Positions 59,897-64,000 of a DNA stretch of 64,000 bases are shown here, piece by piece. Within the stretch, counting starts at the first letter, position 1; the number at the start of each line of letters is the position of its first letter. The notes under the pieces are model-generated. The model had not been told where the DNA came from, made no database searches, and worked only from the letters and a program-made list of their open reading frames with translations. The stretch comes from an uncultured delta proteobacterium (GTDB lineage Bacteria; Desulfobacterota; BSN033; UBA1163): NCBI GenBank assembly GCA_963708295.1, contig CAVPSJ010000004.1, positions 224,001 through 288,000 on the forward strand, read 5' to 3'. Both the position numbers and the translations under genes were made by a program.

Positions 59897-61596
59897 TTAA
59901 GGTTTGATTCTATATTTCTCTATAGGGACGGGTTCGGTGGAAAGCACCATCTTTCCTTCCTTCCGTTTAATGATGATCCATTTAAGCCAACTTGCGGTCG
60001 TCACGATCTGGATAATCCTCTCGGAAGTGTGATCCTCTGCTTTCTGTTCTCATCAAAGCCGCCCGGAAGCGTCATCTCGGCACACAATGCCATGCTCTTT
60101 GCCTCATGGCACTTCCCCAAACCGTGGCCGTCTTTTGCATGCAGTTCAGACAACCGCTGTTGTACCTCTTCAATCTTGGATATGGCTTCCTCCAGCCGGT
60201 CTTTGCTCCTCCGGAGATTATATTTCACCTTGCATACAACGTCTTGAATTAAGTAGATGGCATCGTCAGGAGAAAGTCCTTTGTCGCGCTCCATAGGCGC
60301 GAATATTCCCTCCTTAAATCGTTGTATTTCTTCATAATCGATTTTGGGCGAAGCTGCCTCCGCCGCAAAACGCGCTGCGGGTGGTCCTCCTCTGAGGGAG
60401 GTGAATAAAGTATTCATCACTCCCGAGCCTCTCAATCTCCCGGGAGGCGCGGGGACTGCCCCTGCCCAGGCTGAGCCTTGGTAGCAGATATCCCCGATGG
60501 CCCACAAGCCGCCAAGGCTGGTTTTCATCTCATGGTCTACTTTTACAGGCGAGAGTTCAGCATTGAGAGCCGCTGTCACCTCCACTCTTGGAGAAGGAGA
60601 CGGCCCGTACTTAAGTTGTTTAGACGCCTGGAGTTGCCAAAAATCAAGGACTTTCGGCATCCCCCACCGACCGGCGAAGAAGGGTGGCGGCTTTGTAGGA
60701 TCCCACTGGGTCTTTGACGGGTCCAGATAGATTGGCCCCCTGCCTTCCTTCACTTCTTTTTCCATACCTAAAATGACAGAGATCGGAGTGTCAGGTTCTT
60801 GTCTGGTCACATATCGCTCGGATAGATTCTCACCCAATGCATTGAACAGAAAAGAGTAGGCTCCACTCGGCGTTGGAAAGTCAATATCCTTTCTATCCAC
60901 GTCGAAAAAATTGCCAAACTCTGCATTCCTCATCTCGGCCCCTGCTCGATAGGCCGCTGCAATGCCGTCTCCGCAGCCGGAAGCCCACAACCTCTTCACA
61001 CGGTAATTGCATCCCCCGTTCGCCAAGATCGTTGCTTTGGCCTTGAAGATGTAGAACCGACCATCGATCACATTAAACCCAACTGCCCCCACGACCCGAT
61101 CGCCTTGTTTCAGGAGTTCGACCACCTGCACTTTATTCAGTATCCTTGCTCCCAGTTCTCGCGCCCTGGTTCGCAATGGAAACAGCATGTCTCGGTCAAC
61201 CCCGGTCCCAGACCATAAGCCGGCCGGATGTCTAACGGTTTGGAGCTTTCCCTCTGCATCCTGAGGAAGCTTGACTCCCCACTCCATCAGCTGCTTAATT
61301 GCCCCGAACGATTCGCGGGCATAGGAATATAACAGTTCCTGGTCGTTGAGATAACACCCTATATTTCTTACGTGATATTCGGCAAACCGATCTACATCGT
61401 CATCCGGCAGCATGACCCAAAGTCCTCCTCCTACTTTTGGCGCTTTTCCTGACCACCCGATGGTCTGCTTGTCCACCAAAAGAACATCTACCGAATACTC
61501 TTTCGCCTTGATGGCTGCCACAAGGCCAGCCAAACCACCTCCGATGATAAGCAGGTCTGTCGAGACAACCTCCCCTAAATTCTCGATATTAGCCAT
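59897..61596 (-). CDS. FAD-binding flavoprotein, AprA/SdhA superfamily (frameshifts ~60065 and ~59990)
   Basis: GGGLAG, KATILANGG, GDG.AAAYRAGA..N.EF, AIGD; RTESRGSHFREDYP..WLKWI in shifted frames. Confidence 0.85.
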
Positions 61597-61632
61597 TTGA
61601 TGATCCCCTCTTCTGAAGAATCCTTGAGCACA

Positions 61633-61858
61633 TTAGTAAGGGGCGGGGATGCGCCTGGGCCCGGTAGGGTTTCACTTCGATACACTGAACGGGACAGGCC
61701 ATTTCACACGCATAGCACCAAACACAATCTTCCGGATAGGCAGGGATGGGCTTTTCTTCTCGGGGATCCCAGCGAAACACGTCAACAAAACAAGCGTCCA
61801 CACATCTCTGACAGCTTGTACACACGTCATGATCAATTTCGATCTTCACACTGTTCAT
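61633..61858 (-). CDS. 2x[4Fe-4S] ferredoxin (AprB-like; frameshift near C-terminus)
   Basis: CTSCQRCVDAC and CVWCYACEMACP; AGGAGGAG SD. Confidence 0.88.
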
Positions 61859-62034
61859 CCGCACTCCTCCTCTCTCCATACCGTTACTCTCGGACGAAGT
61901 CCTGGCGCTCATTCATTGCACTTAACCCAGAATGGGAAGAAGTTTCAAGCGTTTTTGAGCTCCATAACGAAGTGCTGGATGAATCATCGGATCGAGTCCG
62001 TCTTGTTAAGGTTTTACAAGGCGCACATTTTTTA

Positions 62035-62097
62035 TTGACAAGAGATTCCTGTTTCTGATATTCTTGCATTACGATACTTATTCTCATAATATGATAA
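62035..62097. promoter_or_regulatory. Divergent promoter region with candidate IclR operator
   Basis: TTGACA 62035-40 with TG-a-TATTCT; imperfect palindrome TTCTCATAATATGATAA 62081-97. Confidence 0.5.
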
Positions 62098-62101
62098 TTG
62101 A

Positions 62102-62905
62102 ATGGAAAAGCAAAAGCTGAATTCAAATGCGGTGGAAAAGGCGCTTCGCATCCTGATGGCCTTCTGTCCGCGAAATTCAGAAATGGGAACGGTTGATCTC
62201 AGCCGAAAAACAGGTTTTCATATCGCCACGGTCAACCGAATCCTCCAGATCCTCGCCCGGAACCGGTTTCTTTCTCAAAATCCTTTAACAAGAAAGTTCA
62301 ACCTGGGGCCATCGGTGTTTGACCTTGGAGAAGCGGCGATTGAATCTCTCAGCGACAACCTTCTGCATAAGGTCCTGCCTTACCTTAACGAGCTTTGTGA
62401 AAGAGTGAGAGAAACCGTTGTATTAGAATTGATTTCAGGCCCGAGCAGTATCGTCGCCTACGTCGCCCAGGGAAAGCAGACCCTGGGGATCCGGGCCAAT
62501 ATCGGCGGTCGATTGCCAACGCATGCCGCCGCAGGCGCGAAGGCGATCATCGCTTTCTCCTCACAAGAGATGAGAGAGGGCTTCCTGAGTAAAAGCCTGC
62601 GTCGCTTCACGGACAACACGATTACCGATCCCGCGGAACTGAGACGGCACCTCGAAAAGATAAGAAAGCAGGGAATCTCGTTCTGTGAGGAAGAGATTGA
62701 TATTGGAGTGAATGCCATTGGTGTGCCTATATTCAACCACAAGAACAAGCCTGAGGCAGCCATTGTTGTGGTAGGCCCTTCCACGAGGGTCAAATGCAAT
62801 GTCAAATCACCGATGGTGGCTGAATTACGAAAGACGGCGTCCATGATTGCTGGACAACTGTTTCACCAACAATCCACGGACAAAAAAGCAATCCTGGACC
62901 TGTAA
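62102..62905 (+). CDS. IclR family transcriptional regulator
   Basis: NAVEKALRIL HTH, ETV, P.HA.A.AKA, FT.NTI, EE...G...I.VPIF. Confidence 0.95.
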   Translation: MEKQKLNSNAVEKALRILMAFCPRNSEMGTVDLSRKTGFHIATVNRILQILARNRFLSQNPLTRKFNLGPSVFDLGEAAIESLSDNLLHKVLPYLNELCERVRETVVLELISGPSSIVAYVAQGKQTLGIRANIGGRLPTHAAAGAKAIIAFSSQEMREGFLSKSLRRFTDNTITDPAELRRHLEKIRKQGISFCEEEIDIGVNAIGVPIFNHKNKPEAAIVVVGPSTRVKCNVKSPMVAELRKTASMIAGQLFHQQSTDKKAILDL

Positions 62906-62948
62906 ACTCCTGAGGAAGGTTTCTTTTCGAAAAAGGAGATGCCCTGGA

Positions 62949-64000
62949 ATGACGACCAGCCAATGTATGACCACAAAGGATCTGCTTCTACGATCCGTCA
63001 GAAGATATCCTCAGAAAACCGCGGTGATCGACGGAACCTACAAGTATTCCTATTCTGAACTCAATCATGAATGTAACAGGCTTGCAAACAGTTTGTCAGA
63101 ACGGAATATCAAGAAAGGCGATCGAGTCGCCCTGTTGACAAAAAACCGTAAAGAATTCGTTATTTCTTATTTCGCTTTGTCTAAAATCGGGGCAGTCTTG
63201 GTTCCTCTCAATCATCGATGCGTGGCAAGAGAATTGGAGTACATGCTTTCTGATTGTGATGCGAAGGCCCTGATTTTCGAAGCGGAGTTCAGAGAGACCG
63301 TTGCACGACTCAAGAATCCTTTACCCGGACTCCAGACATACATTTCCGTGGGGAAACACGGGTTACCCTTTGGAGAAGAATTCGATGAGGTCCTATCGTC
63401 GGCAATGCCGGCAGAACCCGACGTTGAATGTCTTGAAGACGAAGAATGCACGATCCTTTACACCAGCGGGACAACGGGAAAGCCCAAGGGTGCAGTCATC
63501 ACGCATCGCGCCCGGGTGTGGGCCACTGTGAACGTGATGTCTGACGGATCCGTCGAGACAGAGGGCATCGCTCTGGAGGGAGGCCCTCTCTTCCACACGG
63601 GGACGACGAATATTTCCCTTCTGCCCCATCTCGCAGCGGGAGCAACCATCGTTGTTATTCCCCAGCTCGATCCGATCAGTATCGCAGAGGCGATCCAGAA
63701 AGAAAAAGTGACTCATCTCTGCACCGTTCCAACCATTCTTCATACGATGCTGGAAAAGGGAATTTTCGATCGATACGATCTTTCTTCACTGCGAAACGTC
63801 TATTACGGGGCATCTACCATTCCCCTGAAGGACTTGGAGAAAATCCTGTCGAAATTGCCGACGGTGAAATTTTTCCAGGGCTACGGCCAAACAGAGTCAA
63901 CCCAACTGACCGTACTGAGGCCTGAATATACTCGGAGCAAATTCGGGTGTACCGGAAGAGCTCATATGCTGGTCGATTTGAGGGTGGTCGATGAAAAAGA
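62949..64000 (+). CDS. Acyl-CoA synthetase / AMP-binding enzyme (3' end beyond window)
   Basis: Manual translation: KKGDRVA, GAVLVPLN, ILYTSGTTGKPKG, PLFH, QGYGQTES. Confidence 0.92.
   Translation, partial: MTTSQCMTTKDLLLRSVRRYPQKTAVIDGTYKYSYSELNHECNRLANSLSERNIKKGDRVALLTKNRKEFVISYFALSKIGAVLVPLNHRCVARELEYMLSDCDAKALIFEAEFRETVARLKNPLPGLQTYISVGKHGLPFGEEFDEVLSSAMPAEPDVECLEDEECTILYTSGTTGKPKGAVITHRARVWATVNVMSDGSVETEGIALEGGPLFHTGTTNISLLPHLAAGATIVVIPQLDPISIAEAIQKEKVTHLCTVPTILHTMLEKGIFDRYDLSSLRNVYYGASTIPLKDLEKILSKLPTVKFFQGYGQTESTQLTVLRPEYTRSKFGCTGRAHMLVDLRVVDEK

Noticed and set aside
59897-61858. Dissimilatory APS reductase aprBA
   Set aside because: Ferredoxin lacks the long AprB tail, flavoprotein is short and divergent, no sat/qmo nearby

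Overview
Bacterial chromosomal window. The gene content (Tat, TRAP and Liv transporters, sigma-54-type promoter, AprA-like flavoprotein, cytidylate-kinase-like/BON protein) suggests an anaerobic Deltaproteobacteria/Desulfobacterota-like organism; this is inference. 1) An ~18 kb minus-strand lipid cluster (4.3-22.3 kb): KS + non-catalytic KS/CLF, ACP, FabD, FabZ, thioesterase, acyltransferase, 2 methyltransferases, 2 B12-radical SAMs, a third radical SAM, GT2, ATP-grasp, and three genes resembling a split PlsA/PlsR/Ger ether-lipid reductase; a phytoene-desaturase-like gene lies at the left edge. 2) radC-tatC-tatA/B, a Liv-type ABC transporter and a hybrid PAS kinase. 3) A TPP-riboswitch thiDN-cytX operon and a membrane PPase. 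4) gltA-sdhAB, fumC, lgt, a Ycf46-like AAA ATPase, tpx. 5) A catabolic island (amidohydrolase, TRAP, flavoprotein/ferredoxin, IclR, acyl-CoA ligase). Many operon spacers hold inverted short-period (6-8 nt) repeat arrays or REP/MITE-like palindromes; two array pairs bracket four-helix-bundle genes. Candidate ncRNAs: a sigma-54-driven ~150 nt rod RNA before a zinc-ribbon microprotein, and two C-rich-loop sRNAs. About ten genes carry small frameshifts, most likely sequencing/assembly errors. No rRNA, tRNA, CRISPR or transposase seen.
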